This document shows, piece after piece, positions 19,421-31,392 of a stretch of 64,000 nucleotides of DNA. Each line of letters opens with the position of its first letter. The stretch's first letter is position 1. The notes under the pieces were generated by a model. That model was not told the DNA's origin. It did no database searches and saw only the letters and a list, made by a program, of their open reading frames with translations. Origin of the DNA: a virus; the IMG/VR virus record IMGVR_UViG_3300032236_001232, positions 32,001-96,000 of that record. One strand, written 5' to 3'. A program made the position numbers and the translations under genes.

Positions 19421-20065
19421 TAGGTCTGGTCCAAATGCCCAGGTTCCGAGGTGTCTCAATTCCATACTAAGGTTAGTATCAATTTTAACTGTGTATCCTG
19501 CCTGAGCCATTTTTTGACAAAGTATCATATCTTCGCCTAAGTGATCATTACTTTCCGGGCTCCACCCAAATTCAAACCATGGTTTAGGAATAATATCAAA
19601 TATGTCTGCTCGCATCAGCATACAGCCCATACCCACTCCTTCAACCGGAACCAATTCATCTCTGGCTTCAAAAGGCAAAGGATCTTGCCAATTGCCGATA
19701 GTCTCATAGGCAACACCCTTAGCAGGTAGTTGTCGTCTGATATAATTTGCGGCTACAATAGGTTCTTTATGAGCTAATAATCTCAGTGCTGTGCTAGCAG
19801 GAGCAACGATATCACTGTCTAACCACAATAGATATTCTGCCCCGGTTTCTCTACCAAATGTAGCAAGACGTTCTCTTTGTGTAAGAAGAATGGTGCTGGC
19901 ATCCATGATAACCTGTGTATCTAGACCATTCATAGTGTTTAGTTTAACGATTTCTGCGAGGCATAGTGCATGAGCACTATGTAGTAAATCTCTAGTAGGA
20001 ACTAGTATTGCCAGTTTGTTTTTTTTAATTGACCATTGACTTGTAGCAAATACGCTCTTTTTCAT
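19412..20065 (-). CDS. GT-A fold glycosyltransferase-like protein
   Basis: QRERLA...LLWLDSDI (DxD), GVGMGCMLM, GEDMILC. Confidence 0.75.
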   Translation of the reverse strand: MKKSVFATSQWSIKKNKLAILVPTRDLLHSAHALCLAEIVKLNTMNGLDTQVIMDASTILLTQRERLATFGRETGAEYLLWLDSDIVAPASTALRLLAHKEPIVAANYIRRQLPAKGVAYETIGNWQDPLPFEARDELVPVEGVGMGCMLMRADIFDIIPKPWFEFGWSPESNDHLGEDMILCQKMAQAGYTVKIDTNLSMELRHLGTWAFGPDLLD

Positions 20066-20532
20066 GCACCCGCCACATCTCTGCTCAAGGTCTCTCCTTG
20101 TATAACCAATTCTCTAATAGCATTAATTAAGTCTTGGGTGCGTTTAGCAGTGAGAATAAAATCGCTAGGGCTAAGTTTACAGGTCATGCTCATTGTTTCT
20201 GCACTGACCTTATCTTTACATAGCACTTCGATAGCACCGCGTCGAGCTAGATTTTCAATAAAATTTTGTCTAACAATTTCGTCGTCGTTACTAATTAATT
20301 CTAAACATTCGTCTTGATCTAATTCTTCTGCTAGTTCTTCAAGAATGGCCAATTCTGCTACCTCTTCTTCTAAGGGGTTATCCTCATTTTGAAGAATTTG
20401 AATTCTATTTAAAAAATCTATTAGTGTTGCTGGATTGGTAGTTCGATCGTTATAAACAATGTTATCTAGTTCCCACCGACTAGGGCCGACTGGAACTTGT
20501 GATAGAATGTAATCTACGTTTAATTTTGTCAT
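20062..20532 (-). CDS. Hypothetical acidic helical protein
   Basis: 156-aa ORF in an operon with the fibre gene and the GT gene. Confidence 0.6.
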   Translation of the reverse strand: MTKLNVDYILSQVPVGPSRWELDNIVYNDRTTNPATLIDFLNRIQILQNEDNPLEEEVAELAILEELAEELDQDECLELISNDDEIVRQNFIENLARRGAIEVLCKDKVSAETMSMTCKLSPSDFILTAKRTQDLINAIRELVIQGETLSRDVAGA

Positions 20533-20543
20533 TTTTTGCCATT

Positions 20544-20747
20544 TTAGTTAGGATAAGCATTAGGAGTTGTCTTACCGCCAAACGTGCTAGAAAAACTAAT
20601 TTGAGCATTAGCTGCCTTACCGCCATAATTGACACCTAGTGTGGCACTTAATTTAATGTTACTGCCGGCTGAATGAGCAACACCCGAGAATGCTGTATAA
20701 ACCTGTCCCATTACTATTGTTGCCCCTGTTGCCGGTAAAGTTGCCAT
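20544..20747 (-). CDS. Small fibre-associated protein (possible fibre-tip cap)
   Basis: 67 aa, MATLPATGATIVMGQV...ISFSSTFGG; begins 3 nt after the stop of the S74-containing fibre; AAGGA Shine-Dalgarno. Confidence 0.6.
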   Translation of the reverse strand: MATLPATGATIVMGQVYTAFSGVAHSAGSNIKLSATLGVNYGGKAANAQISFSSTFGGKTTPNAYPN

Positions 20748-20750
20748 TTT

Positions 20751-23700
20751 TTATTCCTTAGAAGTCAACGTATTTATTGCTTCTTTCAACTGAATAATTT
20801 GCTGTTGTTGTTCTTTAATAGCCTCTACAAGCAGTGGTATTAGTTTTTCGTATTGAATAGTTTGGTAATTTTCCCCTGATTTACTTCCACCTGCTCCATC
20901 ATCATCAAACGGTGCTGGACGAACCGCTTCTGGTAAGACTGCATCAACTTCATCTGCAAACAATCCTACCAGCTTCTTGGTTCTATCATAACCAAAAGAC
21001 TCAGCTGTAGCATTTGGTGTATATGTAATACCTGTTAATGATAACACCTTCACAACAGCATTGTCAATAGTTTGGACATTTTCCTTAAGGCGTCTATCTG
21101 AATAATATGCTGTGATTTCGCTACTAGCACGTATTTCGCCCGCAACTCCCGGAACGGCAGTTCCCGCGGATATTGCCCCACCAATTATAATATTCCCGCC
21201 AATACCCGCACCGCCTGCTACTTGCAGAGCACCTGTAATTGTTGATGTCGCCGCAGTAGTATTTGTTATTGTAAATTGTGTAGCTAACGGACTACCCGGG
21301 CCTTGTGGCCCTTGCGGACCGGTATTACCAGTTGGTCCTTGTGGCCCTTGAGCACCAGTAACACCTTGTGGACCTTGCGCTCCAGTAACACCTTGTGGTC
21401 CTTGTGGTCCTTGCGCTCCAGTATTACCAGTTGGCCCTTGTGGTCCTTGTGGTCCAACCGAACTGCTCCACGTAAATCCAGTTCCAGTCCATGCTAGATA
21501 TGTAGTAGCAGTAGTAGGTGCTGCTATAAATCCTGTGGCACCGACACCGGTTTGATAATGTAGTTGATTTGCTGCACCGCCTGCTATGTTAGTAGCAGTA
21601 GTAGAAGTTCCTGTTAGATTTCCAATAAAGGTAGTTGCAGTTACTACACCGCCGACAAATAACCCGCCACCGATTCCAACACCACCTATTACCTGTAATG
21701 CCCCGGTATTGGTGCTAGTAACGCCAGTAGTAGCAGTAACTACCACTTTGGTAATGGTAGCGGTATTGCCAGTTAGATTACCTACGTTACTGATATCGCC
21801 GCCGGTCATATCAATGTCGCTACCACCAGCACCGGCAATATATAATGTGCCGCCTACATATAAATCTTTACCAACTGCTAATCCACCTGCTACCTGTAGC
21901 GCACCAGTTAGTGTAGATGTGGCATTAGTTACACCCGGTACAATGATATTTGTAGCTGTAAGTGTAGTGCCGTTATAAGTTAATCCGCTACTAAATGCAG
22001 TAGTTCCAGTTGATGTTTGATAAGGAATTTGATCTTTAATACCACCGGCAATATTTGTAGCATTGGTTGCAGTTGTTGCAGTTCCAGTTACAGAACCGGT
22101 AAAGTTACCAACAAATGTAGTAGCAGTTACTACACCGCCGACATACAGACCACCACCGATGCCAACTCCACCGACTACAGTTAGTGCGCCAGTTTGAGTA
22201 GTGGCAGACCCTGTTGAATTGGTAAGAATAATATTACCGGTTCTAAATGTACCATATGTAGCACTAGTGAATACACTGCTGGTGCTTTCTGCGCCTGCAC
22301 TATACCAATTTAAATATTTGTTGGTATTATCTATTACTAGTGCGGCATTTGTATCCGTTGAATTCGCAAAATAATGGAACCTAAAACCAACGTCTTTTCC
22401 GTCATCTACATTCCATTTTCCATATACCCCACTAGGAGGTACGTGAACTTCTATTAGGTTATCAGTGTAATATGTGTTACTACTTAATACATTGGTAGCA
22501 GTACCATTGAAAGTTACCTGGCCACTGAATGTAGTATCGCCGGTAACTAAAAGTGTACCGCCAATGCCGACGTTATTAACTAGATAACTATCACCGGTTA
22601 CACCTAATCCACCGCCGGTTATTACTAAACTTTGTCCACCGGTAGCACTGGCACTGCCTGTTCCACTGGTTGCTTGAACTTGTGTTACATAAGTAGGGGC
22701 ACTAGCACCTGCTGTTAATAATGATTTTTGTGTTCCGCTTAATGCTAGGAAAGCTGTGGTATTAGCGGCACTTTGATAAGGTAAACTACCGGCAGAACCA
22801 GCTAGTAAATTAGCAGCATAACCAACCTGTAATGTACTGGTGTTGGTAATATTAGATCCTGCTATGCTACCTACAAAAGTTGTAGCAGTGACTATTCCGC
22901 CGACATATAATCCACCTGCTACCCCAACACCGCCGGCAATTTGCAATACACCAGTATTTGTGCTGTATGCTCCGGTAGTAGCAGTGATAATAAACTTAGT
23001 AATAGTAGCTGTATTTGCAGTTAGATTACCAATATTACTAATATCGCCGCCGGTCATATCAATGTCGCTACCACCAGCACCAGCAATATAAAGTGTTCCA
23101 CCTACGTATAAATCTTTACCAACTGCCAATCCTCCTGCTACTTGAATTGCACCAGTAGTGGTTGATACTGCATTAGTTGTGCCATTAACAATTAAATTAG
23201 TAGCAGTAATAGTTGCACCAACAAATAATCCGCCGCCAACTCCGACTCCGCCAACTACCTGTAAAGCACCCGTGTTGGTCGAGCTTGTAGGAGTTGTATT
23301 GGTAATTGTCGTGGCATTAACTACTGCTCCGCCAGTAAATGAACTTCCACTACTGGTACTCACTGCATAACCATTAACATAGACATTGGTTGCTGTAATT
23401 ACACCGCCGACATATAATGCACCACCGACACCAATACCACCGTTAACAACCAGTGCACCTGTAGTAGTCGATACTGATGTAGCGGTATCATATACTATAA
23501 CTTGTGTAGCTGTGGAGAATAAAACATCACCTGTTCCGTCAGGATCAATTAATAGATTAGCATTTGACCCTACTGGATATGTTGTAATATTAAGAGTAGT
23601 TATATTACCGACGTGATTTGTAGCGGTAACAGTGCCACCGACAAACAAGTTACCACCGACACCAACTCCACCGGCTACTTGTAATGCTCCGGTAACTGTC

Positions 23701-26690
23701 GATGATACATTAGTTGTACCAGGAACTACAATGTTAGTAGCGGTAAATGTTGTACCATTGAATGTTAACCCACTACCGAATGTAGTAATGCCCGCAGCAC
23801 TTTGATATGGAATTTGATTTGTGCCACCACCGATAATGTTATTGGCATTTACAGCACTATTAACATAAACACTTGAGGTGTTAGTAAATGCCGGAGCCGA
23901 TCCACTTCCTTGACTGACCAATAACCACCCAGCAGTTCCTTGTGCTAAAAACGCGGTGGTATTAGGAGCACTTTGATATACCAATGAGCCGTTTGCAACG
24001 CCATTACCTAATAAATTGGCTGCATAACCAACTTGTTGAGTTGAGGTATTACCGGAATTTAAAATATTAGCTACAGCAGCATTACCGACATACATACTAC
24101 CTGTGCTAATGAAAGCAGTAGAACCTGCACCTGTTTGATAAGCAAATTGATTAGCGCTACCACCTGCTAAATTAACAGCAGTTGTCATCAATGTAGATGT
24201 TGTTAGCGTAACTGTGGCTACATTAGCAGCAACACTAGCACTGAGACCTGTATTGAAATTAATAGTAGCAGCGGTTCCCTGACTTATTCCAAGACTCTGA
24301 ATGGTTAACGAACTGGCTGTACTAACTGCATAACCGTTAACATAGATATTGGTAGCAGTTACTACACCGCCGACATATAAACCTCCACTGATACCGACAC
24401 CGCCGGCTACAGTGAGTGCCCCGGTATTTGTGCTAGTAACACCAATTGTAGAACTGATATTGGTTGTGGTGAATGTTCCTGTATTAGCAGATATTCTACC
24501 AACTCCAAACATATCGCCACCCCCCATATCGAGGTCACCGCCTGCCGAACCAGCAATAGTTAATGTTCCACCAATATATAAATCTTTACCAACTGCTAAT
24601 CCTCCCGCTACCTGCAATGCTCCTGTGGTAGTCGATGTAGCATTAGTTGTACCAGGAACAATGATATTGGTAGCGGTTATTGTATTACCGACATATAAAC
24701 CACCGCCGATACCAACACCACCGGTTACCTGTAAAGCACCGGTATTAGTTGAGATAGCAGCAGTGCTACCTGTTAGTGTTAGTGTATTTTGATATACAGG
24801 GGATCCTGTACCACCGCTAACTAAAATTTGTCCTGCTGTACCTGGTCCGACAAATCCAGTTGTGCCAGGGGCTGTTTGATATACTATTTGTCCTGCTGTA
24901 CCATTTAATATATTTGTAGCAGTAATTCCACCGGGTAAACTTGCTGCTGCCGCTATCGATGATCCTAATGTCGAAGTAGTAACTACTTGTGACCCGGAAG
25001 CCAATATTGAAGTCCCAGATGACTTAACTGCAACTGAGCCGATATATAGAGTTCCGCTGGTTACATAAACATCTCTAAAGGGGTTAGCAAGTGATCCTAA
25101 ATCTACAGAGGAGTTCCCTGGCATAATGGAACCGCCTACATATAAACTTCCACCTATTCCAACTCCCCCAATTACCTGTAAGGCACCAGTTGCAGTGCTA
25201 GATGATACAGTGTTATTACTAACCGATATAGAAGCAAATGTTACCGAGCTGGTTGTATATAAATCTTGGTCGGTTCTACTCGGGCCCTGCGGTCCTTGAG
25301 CTCCGGTATTACCAGTTGGTCCCTGTGGCCCGGTTACTCCCTGCGGTCCTTGTGCCCCTGTGTTACCAGTTGGACCCTGCGGTCCTTGAGCACCGGTATT
25401 ACCAGTTGGGCCTTGTGGTCCCGTAACTCCTTGTGGTCCTTGCGCTCCGGTATTACCAGTTGGTCCTTGAGGTCCTTGAGCACCGGTGTTACCTGTAACT
25501 CCCTGCGGTCCTTGTGGTCCCGTAACTCCTTGTGGTCCTTGAGCACCTGTGTTGCCTTGAGGTCCTTGTGGTCCCGTAACTCCCTGTGGACCTTGTGGTC
25601 CTGTAACTCCTTGCGGTCCTTGAGCACCAGTATCACCAGTTGGTCCTTGTGGTCCCTGAGCACCGGTGTTTCCTTGTGGCCCTTGTGGCCCGGTTACTCC
25701 TTGTGGTCCTTGAGCTCCGGTATTACCAGTCGGTCCCTGTGGCCCGGTTACTCCCTGAGGTCCTTGTGGTCCCTGAGCACCGGTGTTTCCTTGTGGCCCT
25801 TGTGGCCCTGTTACTCCTTGTGGTCCTTGAGCCCCGGTGTTACCTGTAACTCCCTGCGGTCCTTGTGGTCCCGTAACTCCTTGTGGCCCTTGCGGACCTG
25901 TTACCCCTTGCGGTCCTTGTGGGCCCGTTGGGCCAACTGCACTAACCAATTGTCCGTTGGTATAGATATTACCGGCATATATAGATCCACCAATACCAAC
26001 ACCGCCTGCAATAATTAATGCACCAGTAGTAGTAGAACTAGCAGCAGTATTATTAGTTGTTTGTATAATATCATCTGTTTTAACCAGCGTAGTGGTAACA
26101 GTAGTATACTGAATTGTTAATTTTTGAGCGACAATTTCGCCGCCGATATATAAATTGCCCCCAATGCCGACTCCGCCGGTTACAATTAAAGCACCTGTAG
26201 TAGTAGAACTGGCTTGAGTGTTTAATGTGAGCGTAGCCGTCGATCCAATAGTAAGGCCGGTGCTGGCATTAAACTTGTTAATTGTTGTAGATTCTAGCCC
26301 TACATATGATCCGTCAACAACATCTGCTAGTGTAAAATATCTATCACCCGGAGTTAAGGTATTAACTTGAATATTATCTGCATTGGTGCTAGATCCAGCA
26401 CTAATACTCCCTAAATTAGACCACGAAGCTGTGCTTCCGTCACTAGTTAATACGGTATTGGCACCACCGATAGGTATAAAACCAGTGGTCCCCGGGGCTG
26501 TTTGATAAGGAATACTGCCAGATGTTCCACCTGCTAGGTTAGTGGCGGTATTAGCAGTGTTTGCTGTTCCTGAGCCCGACCCCGATCCTGAGCTAGTCCG
26601 AGTCCACGAGTTTGTGCTAGTGGAATATGTATAGGTAATACCGTTTAGGGTAGTAGTTTGACCATTGGTTGCCGGTGCTGGAAAAGACAA
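20751..26690 (-). CDS. Long tail fibre with collagen-like segments and a C-terminal intramolecular chaperone (peptidase S74)
   Basis: TTG start with AAGGA Shine-Dalgarno; Gly-X-Y runs; repeated TGALQVxGGVGIGG units; C-terminal [10 protein letters not shown]...LVEAIKEQQ. Confidence 0.88.
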   Translation of the reverse strand: MSFPAPATNGQTTTLNGITYTYSTSTNSWTRTSSGSGSGSGTANTANTATNLAGGTSGSIPYQTAPGTTGFIPIGGANTVLTSDGSTASWSNLGSISAGSSTNADNIQVNTLTPGDRYFTLADVVDGSYVGLESTTINKFNASTGLTIGSTATLTLNTQASSTTTGALIVTGGVGIGGNLYIGGEIVAQKLTIQYTTVTTTLVKTDDIIQTTNNTAASSTTTGALIIAGGVGIGGSIYAGNIYTNGQLVSAVGPTGPQGPQGVTGPQGPQGVTGPQGPQGVTGNTGAQGPQGVTGPQGPQGNTGAQGPQGPQGVTGPQGPTGNTGAQGPQGVTGPQGPQGNTGAQGPQGPTGDTGAQGPQGVTGPQGPQGVTGPQGPQGNTGAQGPQGVTGPQGPQGVTGNTGAQGPQGPTGNTGAQGPQGVTGPQGPTGNTGAQGPQGPTGNTGAQGPQGVTGPQGPTGNTGAQGPQGPSRTDQDLYTTSSVTFASISVSNNTVSSSTATGALQVIGGVGIGGSLYVGGSIMPGNSSVDLGSLANPFRDVYVTSGTLYIGSVAVKSSGTSILASGSQVVTTSTLGSSIAAAASLPGGITATNILNGTAGQIVYQTAPGTTGFVGPGTAGQILVSGGTGSPVYQNTLTLTGSTAAISTNTGALQVTGGVGIGGGLYVGNTITATNIIVPGTTNATSTTTGALQVAGGLAVGKDLYIGGTLTIAGSAGGDLDMGGGDMFGVGRISANTGTFTTTNISSTIGVTSTNTGALTVAGGVGISGGLYVGGVVTATNIYVNGYAVSTASSLTIQSLGISQGTAATINFNTGLSASVAANVATVTLTTSTLMTTAVNLAGGSANQFAYQTGAGSTAFISTGSMYVGNAAVANILNSGNTSTQQVGYAANLLGNGVANGSLVYQSAPNTTAFLAQGTAGWLLVSQGSGSAPAFTNTSSVYVNSAVNANNIIGGGTNQIPYQSAAGITTFGSGLTFNGTTFTATNIVVPGTTNVSSTVTGALQVAGGVGVGGNLFVGGTVTATNHVGNITTLNITTYPVGSNANLLIDPDGTGDVLFSTATQVIVYDTATSVSTTTGALVVNGGIGVGGALYVGGVITATNVYVNGYAVSTSSGSSFTGGAVVNATTITNTTPTSSTNTGALQVVGGVGVGGGLFVGATITATNLIVNGTTNAVSTTTGAIQVAGGLAVGKDLYVGGTLYIAGAGGSDIDMTGGDISNIGNLTANTATITKFIITATTGAYSTNTGVLQIAGGVGVAGGLYVGGIVTATTFVGSIAGSNITNTSTLQVGYAANLLAGSAGSLPYQSAANTTAFLALSGTQKSLLTAGASAPTYVTQVQATSGTGSASATGGQSLVITGGGLGVTGDSYLVNNVGIGGTLLVTGDTTFSGQVTFNGTATNVLSSNTYYTDNLIEVHVPPSGVYGKWNVDDGKDVGFRFHYFANSTDTNAALVIDNTNKYLNWYSAGAESTSSVFTSATYGTFRTGNIILTNSTGSATTQTGALTVVGGVGIGGGLYVGGVVTATTFVGNFTGSVTGTATTATNATNIAGGIKDQIPYQTSTGTTAFSSGLTYNGTTLTATNIIVPGVTNATSTLTGALQVAGGLAVGKDLYVGGTLYIAGAGGSDIDMTGGDISNVGNLTGNTATITKVVVTATTGVTSTNTGALQVIGGVGIGGGLFVGGVVTATTFIGNLTGTSTTATNIAGGAANQLHYQTGVGATGFIAAPTTATTYLAWTGTGFTWSSSVGPQGPQGPTGNTGAQGPQGPQGVTGAQGPQGVTGAQGPQGPTGNTGPQGPQGPGSPLATQFTITNTTAATSTITGALQVAGGAGIGGNIIIGGAISAGTAVPGVAGEIRASSEITAYYSDRRLKENVQTIDNAVVKVLSLTGITYTPNATAESFGYDRTKKLVGLFADEVDAVLPEAVRPAPFDDDGAGGSKSGENYQTIQYEKLIPLLVEAIKEQQQQIIQLKEAINTLTSKE
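21295..21455 (-). repeat. Short collagen-like Gly-X-Y repeat
   Basis: [15 protein letters not shown] triplets. Confidence 0.9.
25281..25935 (-). repeat. Long collagen-like Gly-X-Y repeat (roughly 70 triplets)
   Basis: Uninterrupted [18 protein letters not shown] triplets; 9-nt periodic DNA. Confidence 0.95.
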
Positions 26691-26817
26691 TTGAATTTCC
26701 TTGAAAGGTTAATCGATAGTGTATTTATAGATATTTTAAAAGAAAAATAAATTTCTAATTTATCCTTCTTTCTTCTAAAAATACTACTATTCTACACCTT
26801 ACGGGGATTATTGAACA

Positions 26818-27129
26818 TTACTCGGATTCGAGGATTTCTTTAATTCTAGCCATAAGCGTTTCGTCTGTCCATGTACCTCGAACTGCAAGATACTCATCTC
26901 CTTCCCATGCAAAGAATGTTCTAGGAATCGGGTCGGCCCCTATCGGTTCAAAAACTACAGTTACCTGGACACTATTGCGACGACCTCGCCCAAAATTAAA
27001 ATTATCGGTTTGAGCATTGCCGGGTGTATATCCATAATTTTCTTGAACATCTGCGAGATAGAAAGAATCAGCAATTACAGCCTCAACTGGAGGAATCACT
27101 ACAACAGGTTTGCTTAATGATGTTGACAT
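26818..27129 (-). CDS. Hypothetical protein
   Basis: 103-aa ORF with AAGGA Shine-Dalgarno and an upstream TAAATA at 27155-27160. Confidence 0.6.
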   Translation of the reverse strand: MSTSLSKPVVVIPPVEAVIADSFYLADVQENYGYTPGNAQTDNFNFGRGRRNSVQVTVVFEPIGADPIPRTFFAWEGDEYLAVRGTWTDETLMARIKEILESE

Positions 27130-27164
27130 AAAAAATCCTTTTAAAATATTACAATATTTATTGT

Positions 27165-27389
27165 CTAATCTTTTTCTGTAACTATCACAGCAACACGATC
27201 AATCCAAATTAATCTACCATAACAGGCAATGTTCCACTTGGTTTCGCCGTGTTCTTGTGTGCATTCTGTAAAAGTTTCCCCGATTAATCTTACATCGGTT
27301 GCTAGATGTTCAACACCATTTTCAAAAACTCTCCAAACTAAATCAGATCCGTTATGCTTAGTGTTGAACCTAACGTGATATTTGTTCAT
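27165..27389 (-). CDS. Hypothetical protein
   Basis: 74-aa ORF overlapping the stop of the APS-kinase fusion gene. Confidence 0.6.
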   Translation of the reverse strand: MNKYHVRFNTKHNGSDLVWRVFENGVEHLATDVRLIGETFTECTQEHGETKWNIACYGRLIWIDRVAVIVTEKD

Positions 27390-28240
27390 TTCAATCCAAG
27401 TTCTTGCCGAATTTTAGTTGCCGATATATTATGTATAGCATCATCAAAGGTTTCTTGTTCGATTTTATATCCTACATCTCTTCCGTAGGTAATATTAACA
27501 ATATTAGGCACAACCTGAATTTCGTATTGACCTTGATACAATGGATCTAAATCCCTACGAATAAATGATTTAACTTGTTCTACCGCAAATGGGTTACTTC
27601 CTTGCCACCCTTGGCAATCACGAATTTGTATTACTACCTGTCCAGTCTTGGCGATAGCCCGATCAAACAGTGCTCGATGCCCAGCATGCCATGGTTGCCA
27701 TCTGCCTAACATCTGCACAGTTTCTTTTTGCCAGTCAAATACAGGGCGACGCTTATTATAAAGAATATGGCTGCCTACAAATTCTGCCCATTTTTCACAG
27801 TTTTGTTCGGTAATCCTAAAGTCGTAAACATCCGGCGGAACAAAGGCTTTGTTAGTGTCCTCATAGCGACCGGCAGCAATAGTATCCATCCATATAACCC
27901 AATCTGCTTTAAAGTTATGACGCATTTCGGGTAATGGTGCTACAAAATCACAAATAACATAATCGCCTGTGCATTCTAAAGCAAATCTAGCCATTCGAAA
28001 ACTTTGTCTGATGCGCCCTTCTCGACTAAAATCCCAATCATTATATCTTTGGCGAATATCGTCGGCATTAAACCAATCTACACGGGCACGGAAATTGCTA
28101 GGTGCAATTTCATGTCCTACAGCTCTTTCGAGCGGCATAGTTTCAAGATTACTGAAATCTTCAAGATAAGTTTTAAGAGCTTTTGCTAGATATGTTTTAC
28201 CTGCTCCAGGTAATCCCATAATTAAAATTTTAACAGGCAT
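27386..28240 (-). CDS. Adenylylsulfate (APS) kinase-like domain fused to a HIGH-motif nucleotidyltransferase domain
   Basis: P-loop GLPGAGKT; NADDIR...DFSREGR.RQ (CysC-like); CDFVAP; C-terminal GRWQPWHAGH and ISATKIR. Confidence 0.8.
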   Translation of the reverse strand: MPVKILIMGLPGAGKTYLAKALKTYLEDFSNLETMPLERAVGHEIAPSNFRARVDWFNADDIRQRYNDWDFSREGRIRQSFRMARFALECTGDYVICDFVAPLPEMRHNFKADWVIWMDTIAAGRYEDTNKAFVPPDVYDFRITEQNCEKWAEFVGSHILYNKRRPVFDWQKETVQMLGRWQPWHAGHRALFDRAIAKTGQVVIQIRDCQGWQGSNPFAVEQVKSFIRRDLDPLYQGQYEIQVVPNIVNITYGRDVGYKIEQETFDDAIHNISATKIRQELGLK

Positions 28241-28249
28241 GATTATTCC

Positions 28250-29080
28250 TTATTCGTATAGTGATTTAATATCGTCTGTTGTTTCTCTTTTAACTTCCGT
28301 AACAGTTTCACCAGTTTGAGTGGTAGATTGGGGAGAATTTAATCTATCATTTATTACTCGAATTAAATCTACAGCATAGACATGTTGTTCCGAACATGCA
28401 CAAGATGTTTTGGCATTTAACCAAATATTATATCCAAGATCGGTGATTTTATCGCACAGCACAATTGAATCGCTGAAAGACTTACCATCTTTTACCTTGT
28501 ATTCAAATACATTCTTGATTTCATTGCCTGTATTATTGGTGATTGATATATTTGTATCCAATAATTCTTCTACAACTTCTTTGCTGAGTTTTAAAAATCC
28601 CGCACTGGAATATTTTACTTTAAAAAAGTCTTCTTTATTTTTTTCAAATTTATCAAAATCCATGTCTAGATCAAATACAATATCTTGAACTACTTTTTTA
28701 ATTACAGGCAATCCTACAACATCCTCTGGGCTGAGAATTATTTCTAAAAAAGAATTAGCATCCCACGCTAAATTAGCATCAATCAATACAGCACACTTGT
28801 AGTCTGTATCTCTTAATGTGTTTAACAGTTCATTTTTTGCCATCGGTGGGTTAGACATGTGCCCAATGAATGATGTAAATACTCTAATGCCATATCTCAT
28901 ACAGAGTCTGATAGTATTAGATAAACTGTTGGCATATAATGCAGATACAGAATTATTTTCTGTATAGGTTAAAATAACCACATTGACAAATTCCTGCTGG
29001 TCAACATTTGTTGTTGATGTTTCTTCGACTGTTGTTTGAGTAGCTCGAGCAGGAATTTCGAGCCGTTTGTTATTTTTCAT
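28250..29080 (-). CDS. GT-A glycosyltransferase-like protein with a degenerate DxD motif
   Basis: Paralogue-like to the 29080 gene, but LIDANLAWD replaces DSDI.W and SDS replaces SED. Confidence 0.6.
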   Translation of the reverse strand: MKNNKRLEIPARATQTTVEETSTTNVDQQEFVNVVILTYTENNSVSALYANSLSNTIRLCMRYGIRVFTSFIGHMSNPPMAKNELLNTLRDTDYKCAVLIDANLAWDANSFLEIILSPEDVVGLPVIKKVVQDIVFDLDMDFDKFEKNKEDFFKVKYSSAGFLKLSKEVVEELLDTNISITNNTGNEIKNVFEYKVKDGKSFSDSIVLCDKITDLGYNIWLNAKTSCACSEQHVYAVDLIRVINDRLNSPQSTTQTGETVTEVKRETTDDIKSLYE

Positions 29081-29850
29081 TATAGTTCCTTGTAGATGTT
29101 TTTAAATGATTTTAAATAATCAAGGCCAGAGGAATTAGTTGTATCGATATATTGCTTTGTTTGATTTTTAAAATTATTTTTATACCATTTTAAAAAATTC
29201 CCTGTATACTTTTTTCCACCGTAATGGTTACAAGTAATGTGCGGATCTAAATATATCTTAAAATTTCCTTCTTCACGAAGCCTATTACATACGTATATAT
29301 CCTCGCTGACTAAAGATTTGCCTTTAATCTGAATGTTAAATATAGCCTTTCTGTGTTTAACTGTGTCCGTTGATGATTCGGGTATTTCTGTATAGGGCTC
29401 ACTGTTGTCCCATAACCATTGGCAAGCCTTTCTACTAAATCTTAAAAATCCAGTTCCTAATCCTCTAACTTCATATAGATTCTGTATACTCGGTTTCATT
29501 TCTCCAAAATATCCCACATACATCTCCGGAGAATCACTTTTTTTAGGGTATGTGCCACCAACAACATCTACCGGATAACTAAGTATTTTAAAGAAGTCTT
29601 CTGGATTCCACTCTATATCAGAGTCAATCCAAAATAGATCATCGCAATCGTTATCTAATGCTATAAACAGTGTGTCATTTCTTGCTCGTTGGATTAGCGC
29701 ATCATAACTAACCCACATTGGTATAATTTCAACGTTTTCATCAAACGATCGTTTAACAGTGCCAACAAGGCTATTGGCATACCAGGAATCAACCCTTCCA
29801 TCATAGCAAGGGGTGCCTATAACAACTCTTCTTTTTTTATCTTTTGACAT
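29080..29850 (-). CDS. GT-A glycosyltransferase-like protein
   Basis: IGTPCYDG, IQRARN, FWIDSDIEW, GTGFL, SEDIYVC. Confidence 0.8.
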   Translation of the reverse strand: MSKDKKRRVVIGTPCYDGRVDSWYANSLVGTVKRSFDENVEIIPMWVSYDALIQRARNDTLFIALDNDCDDLFWIDSDIEWNPEDFFKILSYPVDVVGGTYPKKSDSPEMYVGYFGEMKPSIQNLYEVRGLGTGFLRFSRKACQWLWDNSEPYTEIPESSTDTVKHRKAIFNIQIKGKSLVSEDIYVCNRLREEGNFKIYLDPHITCNHYGGKKYTGNFLKWYKNNFKNQTKQYIDTTNSSGLDYLKSFKNIYKEL

Positions 29851-30745
29851 CTTTTATTAAATTTTTCCATAGTGGCATTCTAGCATTCCAAGACCAGAAT
29901 TTATTGTAATGATCGGATTGTTCTTTGTAAAATAAGTCATTATGATTGTATTCTTCTATTGCTTGATTCAATGCTGCTGTATAGGAATCTACTAATACAG
30001 CATGATCCTGTGTATAGTTTACATAGGTTGCCCAATCTGAACAGGTCTCAAATAATGCTCCATAATTGGTTACTAATAATTTACACCCGGCTGCTGCTGC
30101 TTCAATAGCCGAAATACAACTGGTCTCTTCAAATATACTTGGATAAGCAAATATATGAGCGGACTGTAGTGCTTTCCTTACACCCGAGTTCGAAGCATAT
30201 CCCATATAATTTACGTTTTTCATGCTTTTAGCTCTATTAAACATTTCAATGTAACGATCACCAAATTGTCGATCAAAAGATTTGCCGTAAATTATAGTAG
30301 AAGAATATATATCCAATTCAACATCGTCTCTATCAAGTTTTTCAAAGCTATCTAACAATACAGATAATCCTCTCCACGGAGTAGATGTATATATCAGTTT
30401 TAATTTTCCATTATTAGGTTTTTTAACATGGGGTATCGGTTCAATCCAATTTTTAATTACTCGAGATTTATTTTCTGGAATATGAAAAATATATCTAAAT
30501 TTTTCATATTGCCAATTTGAAGCATAAACAAAGTAATCAATTTTATTAACAAAATCTTCGTTGGCCATTAGGACAACATTTTCTTGATCGTAGTTCAATT
30601 CCTGCCAAAGAATATTAATCCTACCTTCTTGTATTAGGTTAAAATCACACATGGATGAAATTAGATTAATATCTGGTTCAAAATCGTTCACCATGTATTT
30701 CATTAACGAGTAATACATCAACTCCGATCCGCCAAGTGGTTTCAT
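29837..30745 (-). CDS. GT-B glycosyltransferase (GT4/group 1-like)
   Basis: GGSE N-terminus; YTSTPWRGL; YPSIFEETSCISAIEAAAAG. Confidence 0.85.
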   Translation of the reverse strand: MKPLGGSELMYYSLMKYMVNDFEPDINLISSMCDFNLIQEGRINILWQELNYDQENVVLMANEDFVNKIDYFVYASNWQYEKFRYIFHIPENKSRVIKNWIEPIPHVKKPNNGKLKLIYTSTPWRGLSVLLDSFEKLDRDDVELDIYSSTIIYGKSFDRQFGDRYIEMFNRAKSMKNVNYMGYASNSGVRKALQSAHIFAYPSIFEETSCISAIEAAAAGCKLLVTNYGALFETCSDWATYVNYTQDHAVLVDSYTAALNQAIEEYNHNDLFYKEQSDHYNKFWSWNARMPLWKNLIKDVKR

Positions 30746-31392
30746 ATTTTATTAAACAGTATATCAATTTGAAGTAAAAATTCATTGCTATCATACATAC
30801 AATGCATTATATCTAAAATTTGATAATCTTTACTTCTCATATATTCAATTACATCACCGACTAGCGGGGCCTCCAAGTTGTATGGTTTAACTGAAGTTTC
30901 TATTAATATATATTTTGGTTGATATATTGTTAAAAAGTTTTCAGCCCCTCTAAGTATGTCCAGTTCTGATCCTTGTGTATCTAGTTTCACTAGCCCCGAA
31001 TTTTTCCAATTTCCTCTAAAGTTTACTCTTTTTGAAATATCGTCTAATGTAGTTGTTCTCTTTTTTATTACAATAGGATTTTTATAATATTGAGTCAGTT
31101 CCCTATATACTGAACTACCTGTTGTAATTGAATTTTCGTTGTGTAATGTAAAAAAATCTAATTCTTGATTAGATCTATCGCTTAGTAATGCAAAAATAGC
31201 ATCGCTATATAGCCAAGGTTGTTGTCTTTCGTCGGCTTCTATTTGCCATACCCTAGCTTCAGGCCAATAATTTTTTACTGTCCTAGTAAATTCACCCCGA
31301 TAGGCTCCAATATCTAAAAAATGGCTTATATCTACACCGGAGTTTTTTAATACAGAAAGCCGACGACTAATACTATTCATTAGTCTATCCAC
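30742..31392 (-). CDS. FkbM-family SAM-dependent methyltransferase
   Basis: LDIGAYRG; TTLDD; KLDTQGSELDILRGA. Confidence 0.9.
   Translation of the reverse strand: MDRLMNSISRRLSVLKNSGVDISHFLDIGAYRGEFTRTVKNYWPEARVWQIEADERQQPWLYSDAIFALLSDRSNQELDFFTLHNENSITTGSSVYRELTQYYKNPIVIKKRTTTLDDISKRVNFRGNWKNSGLVKLDTQGSELDILRGAENFLTIYQPKYILIETSVKPYNLEAPLVGDVIEYMRSKDYQILDIMHCMYDSNEFLLQIDILFNKI

Noticed and set aside
25281-25935. Periodic DNA resembling a CRISPR array or minisatellite
   Set aside because: The repeats are in-frame collagen codons with synonymous variation; there are no unique spacers and no cas genes.
26691-26817. AT-rich intergenic gap as a possible ncRNA or origin
   Set aside because: It contains only a TAAATA promoter and a Shine-Dalgarno; I saw no convincing structure, iterons or tRNA fold.
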